A stretch of 59,977 nucleotides of DNA, filler included, from Basidiobolus meristosporus CBS 931.73 (lineage: Eukaryota > Fungi > Basidiobolomycota): assembly GCA_002104905.1 (NCBI GenBank). It is 3 parts of 3 records of this genome, joined end to end, with 100 filler letters (N's around TTAATTAATTAA, not from the genome) between each part and the next. Parts side by side here need not be neighbours in the genome. Positions count along the whole stretch, not along the records: positions 1 to 27,792 come from MCFE01000897.1; 2 more parts are not named here. One strand, 5' to 3'. How positions within the stretch are numbered: the stretch's first letter is position 1; each line of letters starts with the position of its first letter. A program made the position numbers and the translations under genes. The notes below the pieces were generated by a model. That model saw only the letters and a list, made by a program, of their open reading frames with translations, ran no database searches and was not told the origin of the DNA. This document shows, in pieces, positions 1 to 12,400 of the stretch.

Positions 1-1
1 T

Positions 2-1486
2 GGTCGCGCTCTCTTCGGTAACCTTCCGCCGAAGCACCAACAGATGGAGGACCACTACTTTGGCCAGATGCCAAGCAGAGTGATCGCCACCTTGAGCGAG
101 ACTGAGCTGGAGAGTTACAAACTCGGGGTCCCAATCAAGACCAGACACAACGAGGTTGCCCCATCGCAGTTTGAGATGGCGCCAATCTTCGAGGAGGCCT
201 CGATCGCGGTTGATCACAACTTGATCACCATGGAGGTGCTCCACAAGGTGGCGCACAGACACAACCTGAAGGTCCTATTCCACGAGAAGCCGTTCAAGGG
301 AATCAATGGATCTGGCAAGCACTGCAACTGGTCGCTCTCCACGGACCGCGGGGAGAACCTGCTTGACCCCACGGTCAAGCCAGAGACCAACTACCAATTC
401 CTTCTGTTCCTTGTTGCCGTACTTCACGCGGTGCACAAGCATGGTGGTCTTCTGCGCACCACCATTTCCAGCGCGTCGAACGATCATCGCCTTGGAGCGG
501 CTGAAGCGCCGCCTGGAATCGTGTCCGCCTTCCTGGGCGAGCAGTTGAGCGAGGTCCTTGATGCGGTGGAGGAGGCCCGCCCTATCAAGACTTTCTCCCG
601 ACCCCATATCCAATCGGTGAAGCTTGGAGGCACTAGTCTCGACGTCAAGGTTGCCTCACTTCCCAGCATCACCCGTGATCTGACCGATCGTAATCGTACA
701 TCTCCATTCGCCTTCACCGGGAACAAGTTCGAGTTCCGTGCGGTTGGATCCAAACAGTCCCCCTCGTTCCCAGTCACCGTACTCAACGCGGCTGTGGCCT
801 CTGCCCTCAACGAGATCACCGAGGAACTGATCAAGGAGAAGGGTGACAAGCCGATGGTCTCGGACGCTGACAAACTCAACGTCATCAAGAAGTACATCGC
901 CTCCACCAAGCCCATCCGCTTCGAGCGGGACAACTACTCCGATGAGTGGGTGCAGGAGGCCGAACGCCGCGGACTTCCCAACCTCAGGAACTCTCCAGAT
1001 GCATTTGAGCAGCTGATGACTGCTGAATCGAAGAAGATGCTGGTCGAGGAGACCGGGGTGTTCACCGAGTCCGAACTCAACTCCAGATACCACATTATGA
1101 AGGAGCGGTATGCCAAGGATTTGATCGTGGAGGCCAACACGCTGAAAACCTTGGTCCAGCAACAAATCCTACCGAGCACTTACGAGTACAGAAAGGAGCT
1201 TGCGCTCGGGGCCAAGTGTATGTCGGATATTGGCGTAGACGCTTCTGCTGAAACCTCCCTTCTAACCGACCTATCAGAAACGCTCTCCGGCTTCCACGAA
1301 CTGATAGCTGAACTTACCGAGGCGGTTAAAGATGTGGAGTCGGATGAGCACGAACAGGCCAAGAAAGCCTGCAAAAACCTCCTCCCCCTCATGGAGAAAA
1401 TCACCACCCGAACCAACAAACTGGAGGAAGCGGTGGCTGACAAGCATTGGGCCCTCCCGAAGAGTACCGAGCTTTTGTTCTACTAA
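2..1486 (+). CDS. glnN: Glutamine synthetase type III (GSIII/GlnN family), 5' end outside the window
   Basis: GSIII motifs HNEVAPSQFE, HEKPFKGINGSGKHCNWS, NDHRLGAAEAPP and DRNRTSPFAFTGNKFEFRAVGS. The frame is open from base 2 (GRALFGNLPPKHQQMEDHY) to TAA 1484-1486. No intron in the visible 1.48 kb. The symbol is the family name, not an orthology call. Confidence 0.95.
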   Translation, partial: GRALFGNLPPKHQQMEDHYFGQMPSRVIATLSETELESYKLGVPIKTRHNEVAPSQFEMAPIFEEASIAVDHNLITMEVLHKVAHRHNLKVLFHEKPFKGINGSGKHCNWSLSTDRGENLLDPTVKPETNYQFLLFLVAVLHAVHKHGGLLRTTISSASNDHRLGAAEAPPGIVSAFLGEQLSEVLDAVEEARPIKTFSRPHIQSVKLGGTSLDVKVASLPSITRDLTDRNRTSPFAFTGNKFEFRAVGSKQSPSFPVTVLNAAVASALNEITEELIKEKGDKPMVSDADKLNVIKKYIASTKPIRFERDNYSDEWVQEAERRGLPNLRNSPDAFEQLMTAESKKMLVEETGVFTESELNSRYHIMKERYAKDLIVEANTLKTLVQQQILPSTYEYRKELALGAKCMSDIGVDASAETSLLTDLSETLSGFHELIAELTEAVKDVESDEHEQAKKACKNLLPLMEKITTRTNKLEEAVADKHWALPKSTELLFY

Positions 1487-1587
1487 TACCCGACGACCCC
1501 CCCATTTAACTACCATTCCCCGTCCTCGCTTGTTTTGATATGGCCGCTTTAATAAAATTTCCTTGGTTTGAATGTAGACCATTCTAG

Positions 1588-3513
1588 CTATCTGTGGGAG
1601 TGGGGTTTCGAGGCCTTGGCTTTTCGACGCTGGCGTCGACGTGAGTCCTTCTTGGAAACTCGTTCGTTGGGATTCCCGGAGGATTTTTTCGTGTCCTTGG
1701 GCGGTCTGGCGACATGCTTTTCCCAAACCTCCTGGAGAACGATCGGCTCGGGGTAATCCCGGCCAATAACACAATTCGCCTTCTGCTGGACATCGTGGGG
1801 CATCTTCCACGGAGTGTGGATATGCTTGACAGGGACGTCTCGAAGCTCCGGACACCACATCGCGACGTACTTTCCCTCCGGGTCGTAATCCTTGGCTTGT
1901 TTGATCATGTTGAAGTGTCGGTTCTCTCGGGGGTCGTTTCCGACTCCGGCCACTGAAAACCACCCTTGATCAGTACAAGTGCCCAGGTTACGCGCTGATC
2001 CCTGTCCCACTTACCGTATTGCCAATTCCCGTAGTTCGAGCACGGGTCGTAATCCAGCAGATGGGTCTCGAACCATTCCCCACCGAACCTCCAATCGACC
2101 CGCAGATCCTTCGCCAGGAAACTTGCCACGTTCTGTCTACCCCGATTGCTCATGTAGCTAGGTGGATCTCAGGTTAATTCCGTTCACAAATCAAGTCTCC
2201 CCCCGTTGGGTTGCTTACCCGGTATTTCGCAGCTCCCGCATGTTCGCATCGACCCACGGGATCCCGGTTTCTCCGTGGATCCACGCCTTCATCAGGTTGG
2301 GGTCGACCTTCCAGGACGGCTGGTCGTCTGACCGGTTGGCCAACACTCCATCCCGGTGGAAGATCCCGTTCCCGTACTTCCCGCCCACAAACCAGAAGTA
2401 ATCCCTCCAGAGTAACTCGAACCGGATCCAATAGGTGGAGATGTTCGCCTCATTACTATCCTCGTACGCCTCCACCTGCTTCAGGATCTCTCGGGGTGAC
2501 AAGCAGCCCAGGGCTAACCAGGGGGATAGTTTGCTGGAGTAATCGGTGCCCAGCAGGCCGTTACGCGTTTCCTTGTAGGTGGAGATGCTCTTCGTGTTCC
2601 ATACCCAGTCGGTTAATCGCTCGATGGCCTGATCTTCGCCTCCCCCGAAAGGGAATACTGTCCGCAAATCCGGGGCGGTATCGACCACTCCCATGGACGG
2701 AAGCAGATGGTCCGCATCCACGGTGAGCATCTGGTCCAACAGATCATTCCCGGGGAGGGGTTTGAGCTTCTTTGGGGTAGGTAGGACAGGCCTGAACGGT
2801 GTATCCATAGATTCTACCGCCTTACGAAATTTAGTATACACGTCTGGTAGGTCTTCCATTGGGAACGGAAGATCCTCAGGATGTACCAGGGTGGCACCGT
2901 GGAAAGACTCAACCGGAGCATTCATCCGGTGGATAAGCTTTTGTTGGACGCGAATCTCCTCGTCGGTTACCTGTAGCTAGGGTGTAAATGGGTGGCCAAC
3001 AGGGTGGATGAAAAGCGGGTTGAACTTACTTCTTCCTGCAGGTAAACAGCCTCGACGTCATACTCCGGGAGTAGTTCGTCGGCTACTCTTGGTAGGAACT
3101 CCTCGGGTGGCTCCAGCGCGATAAGCAGTTCGCTTCCCAATTTCTTCAGATTGGTCTTTAAATTCAGCACCGACTCGACGAGAAACCTGACGGTGACGAT
3201 TTGATTCGATCGGTTGACCAGTGGCAAGAGGTTAAGGTTAAGCTACTGGAGAGGCCTACCTGGTTCTCAGCTTGCTGCTTCGCGGCAGGTTGAACAGCCG
3301 GCTCTTCGGCTCCGCATAGTCTTTCCCCCGGGCTCTGGTTAGGTTGACTTGGCGTGGGTCAAAGCAGTAGACGGGGAGCATGTGGGTGGCCGTAGGATGG
3401 GAATTCGCGTAATGCAATATGGGGTTATCTCGGATTCGTAGATCATGCCGGAACAGGCAAATGATTACCGAACGTCTAGTTGGTGTGGAGTGCAACATGA
3501 TGGAATTCACCAT
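1588..3513 (-). CDS. cry: Cryptochrome DASH (photolyase family), 5 exons: 3513-3260, 3186-3030, 2970-2219, 2157-2015, 1952-1588
   Basis: Four GT-AG introns of 73, 59, 61 and 62 bp join the ORF pieces in frame. Motifs [71 protein letters not shown] and [14 protein letters not shown] are DASH-type. Confidence 0.95.
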
Positions 3514-3529
3514 CGCTCGCTATATCCCC

Positions 3530-3538
3530 TTTTATATA
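3530..3538 (-). promoter_or_regulatory. TATA-like box upstream of cry-DASH
   Basis: TATATAAAA on the minus strand, 16 nt before the first ATG. Confidence 0.45.
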
Positions 3539-3959
3539 AGTGATGACTACTGGACGTGACGCCATTACGATCCCGCGATGAAGATGTCGTGGAGGGGGGG
3601 GGTGTAGATCGTAGATGCTGCTTGTGTTCCTTGATTCTCCAAAAGCTGCTATCTGGTTGGTTGGTTTTGTATCGGTACTCCTGCCAGACCATGACCCTAT
3701 CAGATGGGTAGGTTCCTACCCCTACCCCTAAGCTGGAGGGTGACTTGAAATTGGGTGTTACTCATCTCCGATCCCAGTGATCTGGGTAGGCCGGAGTCAC
3801 ATGATGATCGGGGAACCCAGCAAGTCAATTATTGAACAGGATGATGTATCACCATCACCATCATCACCCTAAACCCCGCTAACATTGTGGCCATGGGAGT
3901 AGTCAATACAACCTCATGGCAATCATGACGACCCCCCCAAATAAAGTTATCAACGCCTT

Positions 3960-5380
3960 AACTGAGTGGTACTCCTACCAAATATGATGACAGTCAGCTG
4001 ACTTACTCCCAAGATATTTCCACCTGAAATCTGACCAAAAAATCCCACAAAATACTGGCAATACTGTAACCAAGTTTGGTATTTCTCACAGGCATTGTTG
4101 GCAACTGCTTGGGCCAGATGGTATATTGGTTTTGTATATTCTCCCAGCTATAGATGCTGAATAATATGGACTTTCACCAGGTGCTCATGCTTCTGGGTAA
4201 GCCTGGGAGATATCATCAGTGTCCAGGAGAACAAGTAGATTGTGTGGCTCTCACTTCTTGATCTATCAAATGTGAAGATGATAATTATACTTTTGCATGG
4301 TCTTAGCAGAACAAGCACACAATACTCATTGGAAGGTCCCAGTGTTGGAAATTTTGCAATTACACCTTGGTACTCACTTAATTCAATAACTTGAACACAG
4401 CCTACAAATCCTACTGTATTCTACCCAAGTTTCTTGTAGGGACTTACCTGGAATATTTCACCAAACACTGGGTGCCCATGATATGAAGAAGTCTCAAAGC
4501 TGTCCAATGAGCTCACACTTTGTACATATGCATCTAAGGCCCTCCTAAGCATATTCAGTGTGTTGTTTACCTGGTCCATGTAAAGTCATGTCCCAGGTAC
4601 CATATGGCTTAGGCAAGATACTTCAACTAAGGCCCAACAAAAAATCCAGAGAAGCTTTTTGGATTTGTAAGCTTTGATCTCAGTTACTATGACAAGTAAA
4701 TATTCAGGTGGATTTACAAAATCTACTATCCTGAGCCTTCTGGAGCACTATTACCAGTATCACTTAGCCACTGAGAGAAGTACATAAAGGAGACACTGCT
4801 TAAACAAAAATTCATCATCCCTGTTTTAATATTGCAGCTGGTTGATTAGTGTTCTCACTTCTACTGGCTTCTAACTAAGCTTCCAATCCAATATCAGAGG
4901 AGACTCTCAGGAAACCATGCTGACAGCCAACTGTCCTTGGAAGCACTACCTATGAGGACCATTCAGAGCATTTATCTTTTACTTATTTGATTCTTTCCCA
5001 TATTAATACTTGTACAGACAAAGAAACTTTTTGTCTTTGTAACTGTTGAGCAAGTTGCATTCCTGTCTAGAGCCTGCTGGTGAGTCTCACCACTATTGTG
5101 GCTTTGGAAGCTTAGGTCATTTTCATATCAATGGATGCTGAGCCCAGCTAGTACCATTTAATTGCACATAGATAATACTGAAAAGCAACAAGAAAATGTT
5201 CCAGAAATGAATGTGAGAGTGGGAGAAGATGCATTGACTAGCAATATGCAATCTGACATCTAAAATTAGCAGGTTATTATCAATAGTGGAGTTTAGCTCC
5301 TTGTAAAATGGAAAAAATGCTCCCAACTTCAGTTAGTAGGAAACTGAGCAAGTTACCCAGCCAAAGATCAGCAATTTGCA
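3960..5380 (-). pseudogene. Heavily decayed Ty3/gypsy pol relic
   Basis: Scattered minus-strand fragments resembling RT (YKELNS near 5290) and integrase (GLPRS near 4200, WPKQLP near 4110). No open frame, almost no CpG. Boundaries approximate. Confidence 0.4.
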
Positions 5381-6910
5381 GGACCTAGTGAAAGGCCTGT
5401 GACTAAGAGGTAGTGATGCAGTTAGGCCACTGTGTAAAAATCATTTGAGAAAAAATTACATTGCTGATCCCACCAAAAATGTGATCAAAATTACTCATCA
5501 TAACAAGCACCAAGTTGCTATTGATTAGTTTTCTGCCTTTTTCTGGCCTTCTGATCTCAGACACTCTATTATATCTTGCACTTGTGCATATTGACTAGCT
5601 ATTGCCTCTTTCTCACACTCCTTACTTGCTGACTTGACCAATGCTCTTACTTTTCAAGCATACACATTGATTTACTTCTGTTAAAGGCTCAGTTATAACT
5701 CAAATAAAGATTGTACTGACCTATACAAGTCCCTATACCTAAAGCAAATATTAAGCCCAACCTCACACATGACAAGTAATTTGATTAAAATCTGCCATTC
5801 AATAAGTGTCTCCACCATAATAACCTTTGGCAGGAGAACAACATATTTTTATGCAATGAGACAACATCAAAGGGGAAAAATCTCAAGGATGCTTTATGGA
5901 GCCAAGTGAGCCAATTAATCCGTCAATTAGTGAATGATGTAATTTTGAGGCTAGAGAAGTGGCATGCTAACCAGTATCAGTAATGGTAGCATGGAAGATT
6001 TGCTGCATCTTCTGGACAAAATCAGTCTGGGATGCAACATACTATGCACATGGTGCAATTGGGCAATCATCATGCTGCTATTGACATATGACACCAAAAA
6101 CTATCCTGCTACCAGCATATGTAAAAAGCTGTATGGCATTTGCATCAGAGAGTGCCACCATTGCAAGGTGTCTACCTTGTCAGGAGTCCGCCATTATAGG
6201 AGAAGAGTGTTGTTACCATTCTGAATTAATTCCTCCAATACCATGTCCAAAGAAGCTCATACAGTCTGGTAAAATCTGCAAGGCTATAAAGTACTGTACT
6301 CAGTACTCATCAAGTGCAAACATATCTGTTACATTTGATGGTAAACATTACAAGCAACTAGGAAGGAAGGTCTGCTCTGAAGATATCTATGGCCATACCA
6401 TTGACTTTGCACCAGATTGGTCATCATTGAAGAAGTACTCTACCAGTAAATCCTGCTTGCCACTGATTCTCATAAACCTAAATCTACCACTAATCTTATG
6501 ATATCACAGCAGAAATCTGATGCAAGCTTAACTGGAGTACTCTATGAAAGCCTTCCATTGATATTAAGTAGTTCAATACATTATTTGGTATTTGCACCTC
6601 ACATGACCTATTCACATGATCAGATGACCCCTGGCATATCCCCATGTGATATTCTAGTCTGTTCTTTGGTAATTTCCTATCTTGGCACACTTACTATGCC
6701 TCACCCCTGAACCCCATCATTATTAGCCAATATTTCTTGGCATCCATACTGCCAAGAAGTATATAGAGTCTTAACCCCCCTTATGTATTCCTCAGTCTGA
6801 TAAATACAGTTCTGGAATAAACAGCCTTGGCTTTGAATTCACCTTTCATTGCTAATCCACACCTAAGTCCTTTCCTGGTCATGCCTTGCATAGCTCTACT
6901 CTCCTGCCTT
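5380..6910 (+). mobile_element. Decayed CMC/EnSpm-like (Tnp2) element fragment
   Basis: Plus-strand Tnp2-like pieces (CVKSCMAF...C, FAPDWSSLKKYSTSKSCLPLILINLNLP). Also a degraded copy of the subterminal block seen at 21874 and 37293. Confidence 0.65.
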
Positions 6911-7130
6911 TATTGTATGAGTCTTGGAGATATTGGAAGTGATTGCAAGAACAAGTAAATTTTATGGTTCTCACTCAACAATTTATTCAATGTAAAAGTA
7001 GTATGTATACTTTTACATGGTCTTGGCATAACAAACATGTAGAACTGGCTTAGGAAGATCCCAAAAACCTGTGTGCAAAGTTTGAGGCTGTTTGGCCAAC
7101 TTTCACAATCTTCATGCTTTGGGTACCTAG
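6911..7130. repeat. Truncated copia C1 LTR fragment
   Basis: Aligns by eye with the first ~220 bp of the LTR at 38733 (gagtcttggagatattggaagtga ... gtgtgcaaagttt). Confidence 0.8.
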
Positions 7131-7500
7131 TGCCAGCAACTTGACTTGTCTTCCTATCTCCCCACACATCTGCTCCATAGGAAACTCCAAAAAGGTGAAG
7201 CAAAGCCCAATATTCTCCACACACTGTGCAAGATGGAGTAGAGAATAGGTACAGTAGTGGCAGAGATCTATGCATTCAGCTTTATGTTTGTAGTATAGCC
7301 ACTCAAATCCCATCACAAACTCCTCACACAACAGCTGTAGATGCGTCAAGTTGGCATTGGTGGTCCTCTTCTGGATAAATATTCCTACAATGTCCATATA
7401 AGACTCCCAATGCTTCCAATGTACTCTTGGTAGGAATGGCTTCAGAAGACCATGTAAAAGTATAAATGCTACCTTTACACTCAATAAATCATCAAGTGAA
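7131..7500 (-). pseudogene. Tnp2-like transposase C-terminal fragment
   Basis: FVMGFEWLYY...YSLLHLAQCVENIGLCFTFLEFPMEQMCG matches the LLHL...GP...FPMER block of EnSpm/Tnp2 transposases. Confidence 0.7.
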
Positions 7501-7519
7501 AAATATATAATCTACTTTT

Positions 7520-7931
7520 TCTCAAAATAGATATCTTTGAGTACAGTTGATTCTTATCCAAGTTTGCTCTTGTCCAGGCAGAGATGCTTTTCTGACCTTT
7601 TAACTATTGATTGAAGCTTCATTCTTATCAAGTCTCTGCAGGTGGAGTCTATAGTTGTCTTGACTTTGGGAGCTTTGGTATATTGCATTTCTGAGGATGC
7701 TAAGCCAAGCACATACTTCTGATACAACACCTGCTAAGTTGAGCATTGTAGATCAATACTTTTCTCCTGACAAGCTTGTGACTTTATTCCCCTTCACATT
7801 AGAGTAGAGACAAGACCAAAGAGTTTCTAGTAATTATGTGTCAGAGGTTATTGCAGCTAATGAACACCCTGTACACAAAGCACTTGAGAAATATTGGACA
7901 TATCTCTCCCAAGGACTTATATACAACTGCA
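7520..7931 (+). repeat. Old, inverted relic of a Ty3-A family LTR (R-U5 part)
   Basis: Diverged reverse complement of 8345-8780 (e.g. cattcttatcaagtctctgcaggtggag, gtcagaggttattgca), ending in ...actgca. Confidence 0.7.
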
Positions 7932-8344
7932 CCGCATACACATGTATATAGAACACAATATCCCTGTTGGCTTGATTTACTTTCATATATGTCCCAACAA
8001 AAAAAAAGTCAACTTATTTGGTTCCCAACCAAACCCTCCACACAACTCTGCAGAAGTACAGTTGGGTAGCAATTTGTTTGGCATTTTGTGCAACAAGCAA
8101 GGCTACATTAAAAAGGCAATGTTGACATTATGCCCATAGAAGGTAATGATGCTGACTCCTTGGGCTCCCACACTTGTAGTGAGTTGTCAACCTTTGCAGA
8201 GCTGCAAGCTGCCAACCATGCTCAGTTGGATGAGAATGTATTAAATGCACTACCTCCAGTTGAAACTCAACATATGATCATTCCATTATCACCACCACCA
8301 GTACTTGCAAGTATCTATCAGCTCATACCAGAGCATTAATGCAG

Positions 8345-9415
8345 TGCAGTGGTGTATAAGTCCAAGGGAGAGATACATCCAACACTTCTCAAGTGTTTTG
8401 TGTGCGGGGTGTTCACTGGGTGCAATAACCTCTGGCAAAAGCTTGCTAGGAATAATTGGGTTCTGTCTCTAATCTAATGTGAAGAGGAATAAAGCCACAA
8501 TCTTGTCAAGGGAACACTATTGAGCTACAATCCCCAACTAAGTTGGCATCATAACAAAAGTATGTGCTGGGTTCAGCGTCCCTGGAGATGACAATGTACT
8601 AAAGCTTCCAAAGTCAAAACAACTGTAAACTCCACCAGCAGGGACTTGATAAGAATGCAGCTGTGGTCAATAGTTACAAAGACAGAAAAGTGTCTTTGCC
8701 TGTACAAGAACAAACTTGGGAAAGAATCAAATATAATAAAAGATACCTACTCTGAGCATTCCACACAAGTAGTGCCTCAAAGGTCAGTTTGCTGTCAGCG
8801 CGGTTTCCTGGGAGTGTCCTGTGGTCTGGGGTTGGAAGTTCAGGTAGCAGCAGGTAGCAGTGATCACACTAATCAACAAGTTGGTATATTGATAAAAGGG
8901 TTGATGATTAATTGTTGAGGGATAGCCTCCCTTATATACTTTTCTCACTGGCTAAGTGATTACTAATCATGGTGTTCCAGAAGGTTCCGGATATCAATAG
9001 AAATCTTAATGACATCAGAATGACCCAAGAATGTTCCAAGTAGGTGCCCAAAGGTTCTAAGAGGCACAGCACATCCAACCAATCAGGAATCAGTATTCTG
9101 AAACCTGTGTAACATAGGAATACCATATATGGTATGGAAATGGTAGGGATGGTAACACGGGTTGATCATGTGTCATGGGTACTGGCGCGGGTACTTACCT
9201 AATATAGAAGCACTTATAGCTAGTAATCTTACATAAAGTGAGGGGTAACTTATGCAATAAGGTAAGCAGGTGTGATCGCCAACCGGCTTCAGGGATAGTA
9301 CTGATTGGGTAAGACAAATGGCATAAAACTAAAATAAGTGTAGTAGAGATATAGGGAAGTAGAAAATAAGGGAATGAGCACATCTGTCTGTGGGTGTCAC
9401 TGTCACCCCACTACA
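8345..9415 (-). repeat. 3' LTR of Ty3-A
   Basis: 1071 bp, about 95% identical by eye to the split copy at 17875-21444. Many differences are CpG transitions. Confidence 0.95.
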
Positions 9416-9430
9416 TCCACCCCCCTCTCA
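9416..9430 (-). other. Polypurine tract of Ty3-A
   Basis: TGAGAGGGGGGTGGA on the minus strand, abutting the 3' LTR. Confidence 0.85.
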
Positions 9431-9454
9431 GCATTGAACTTGGGTCAAAGCAAA

Positions 9455-12400
9455 CTAATCTTGATGTGCAAAATTCCTATGCTTGAATAACTTAAGTTGG
9501 TTTCCAGCAACTGGTGCTCTCAGCTGGGTGTTGTCAAGCTTGGATATGTAATAACTTCCATTTCCAATCACTTTGGAGATGAGATAGGGGCCAGTCCATT
9601 TGTTGTCAAACTTCCAACTCCATTGTTTGTCCAAGGTGGAATCATAGAGTAATACTCGGTCTCCTAGTGATAGTGGTTTTGGTCTTGTTGGGTGTGATTT
9701 GTCAAAGGGCACCTTGTTTTTCAGTTGTGTATCCTTAAGTTGTTCAGCAGCTCTGCTGATATTCAAGTCATGGTGATCAAGTGGCTGTATGCAAGTTGCA
9801 AGGTCTTCAGTCTGCATATTGGATCTCCAATTCAATGAGTTCCAAGTGACGGTGTTTAACTCAACTGGTAGTATGCAGTCATGTCCATAGAGTAGCTTGA
9901 ATGGCAATAATCCAGTTGTTCTCTTGGTAGTAATTCTATCTGCCCAGAGTGCAAGATGTAATTGCTGTGGCCACAGTGTTGTGTTATTCTCACAGGTCTT
10001 GACAAGTGAGTTCACCAATGGTTCATGTCCTCTCTCTATCATTCCACTGGCTTGAGGGTGGTAAGCTGTTGTAAAAGCAATGTGTATCTTGTACTTTGAG
10101 CACAACTCCTGGATCATTTGGGATGTCATCACTCCTCTGTCAGCAACACATTGTTAGATGCAGCCAAATCTGCAGATGATGTCTTAAAGTATAAATCCCC
10201 ATATGGTATGGCTCTTGTTGTTGGGCAAGGCTCAAGCCTCTGCCCATCCACTAAGGTCATCTCTAGCAACAATCAGGTACTTTTTTGATCCAGCTGTTGG
10301 TATGTGGACAAGGTCAATACCAACCTTTTGCCATAGACAGATTGTGTAAGTAGGATGCAGTGGTTCTTCATAACGCTTGGAGGATCTCTTCTAGCAGGCT
10401 ACACATGACTCAACAAAGTGTTGGATATCATAGTACATGTTTTCCCAGTAGTACCTCTGAGCTGTGGTATTGTAGGTGGCTTCTTGTCCTCTATGTCCTC
10501 CTGGTTCTCCTTGGTGGATACTTGTCATGATGTCCAGTTGCTCTTGTGGGGTAGTGACTACTCTTCTTGGCATAAGTCCAGGCTTCACTTGCTTGAGGAG
10601 AAGATCATCTTTGAGATAGTATTGGTGTGCCTTCTTCCTGAGTTTTCTAAACTCCTGAATTTCCATCCAACTAGGTTTCTTAAGTGTCCTTAGATATTCC
10701 TTGATTAGACTCCAGGTAGTTCTCTCATGGTCTTTGATGGTAATCTGTTGGATCTCTGCATCAATAATGCCATCAAAGTGAGGGTCCAAGTCTTCAAATA
10801 ATTGTGGTCCCTTCCTGGAGAATGCATTAGCCACAACATTTGTCTTGCCAGGGATATGTCTGACCTCAAAGTCAAACATTTTCAGCCATGCCATCCATTG
10901 GTTTGTGGCATCATCAGGTAGGTCAGGTTTGTTGATCATTCCTATAAGTGGCTTGGCATCTGTTTCCAGGATGAAATGTGTCATGCAGAGTTGTAACTTC
11001 AGTTTCCCCAGCATCTTCACAACTCCTAGCAGCTCTCTCTTAATCTGTGAGTATCATTGTTCTCTAGGAGAGAATAGGCAGCTCTCATATCTGCAGGCAT
11101 TGCAGTTGCCATCTTCATCATCTTGGCCAAGTAGTGCTCCAGCTCCTATAGGGCTTGCATACACTGTCAAAATAGGTGGGCATTCAGTGTTCTGATAGTC
11201 ATGAGGTCTTAGAACTGGTGGAGATACCAAGGCCTCTTTCAGTAATTGCATGGCTTCTTCTTGCTCTTCTCCCCAGATAAATGGGGTATTCTTTCTCTGT
11301 AGTTGGTAGATTGGTTCTGCTATCTCAGAAAATCTTGGGATCCAGATCCTAAAGAGCCCACAAGCTGCTACAAAGCCACAAGCTTGTGTTAGAATTGTGG
11401 GGGTAGGCCAGTTGCATATCTTTTGTGTCTTGGGGCCTCCAGGTGAACAACCATAGGTGTTGCATTTTTGTCCAACAATGGATATCTCTGATACACCAAA
11501 GCTGCTTTTCTCACCACTGATGGTGAGTCCAGCTTCTTCAATGGCTCCTAATATGGCATCATTGTCTGAAATATGGTCATTGACAAACTCTCTTACTCCA
11601 GGCATAACTTCAGTGGTGTCCCGGGTTTTTAGTCCTTGGATGCCTATATCATCAACAAAGACAGCAAGTTTTTTAGCTCTAAACTGGTACAGCACATTCA
11701 CCATGCATCTCTGGAACTGAGCCATGGAGTTTGTAGCCCATTGGCTGAGTCTTGTCATCCTTAAAAGTCCAAATAGTGTCTGTAGTGCAAACATATCTCT
11801 TGATGTCTCATCAAGGGGAATCTGGTCATATCCTGAGTAGAGGTTGTATGTTGAGTAGATGGAGTGACCACAAAAGCTTTCTGCAAAGTCATCAATAGAT
11901 GGAGGTATAGCAGCATCTCTGATAGTGGCAGCATTTGCAGGTTGCATGTCTTGAATGAATTGGAGCGTTCCATTCTTCTTTTTGGTCACAAGCCATCTGT
12001 TAGCATAGGGTCCATGGCAAGGTTCTAGGATACCAGCTTCTATCTTCTTCTTCAGTAGGTCATGCACATCAGCTTGGAGTCCTCTGGGCAGTGGGTGAGG
12101 CTTAAATGACCAGGGTGTGTGGGGCACTGTATGAATCTTGATGGGTTTTTCAACCAATGTCTTTAAGAGCCTCATCTCCTTGTCATTATATGAGAAGACC
12201 TTATCATGCCTTTTCAAGGTTTCTTCAAATAATAGTATCTCCTCTGGTGTAAGGTTCCAACACCAATGATAAGTTGCTTAAGTCTCTCAGATGTAAGTTG
12301 TATATCTTCTGGTGTTTCTTCTGGTGGTCTAATGTAATCAGCAGGTCAAGATTCATCAGTCAAAGGGGTAAGTGATGGTCTAATCTTCTGTTCTACTGTC

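Noticed and set aside
275-2980. Many antisense and alternate-frame ORFs over the two host genes
   Set aside because: They are shadow ORFs expected from GC-rich codon usage. They have no recognisable motifs and overlap well-supported genes.
3849-3869. Short CAT/CAC triplet repeat and nearby CCCCTA repeats (~3716-3733)
   Set aside because: Too short and imperfect to be a meaningful microsatellite or telomeric seed.
7520-8780. Inverted LTR pair as a hairpin-RNA source
   Set aside because: The relic arm is too diverged for a long stable duplex, and nothing indicates a transcript spanning both arms.
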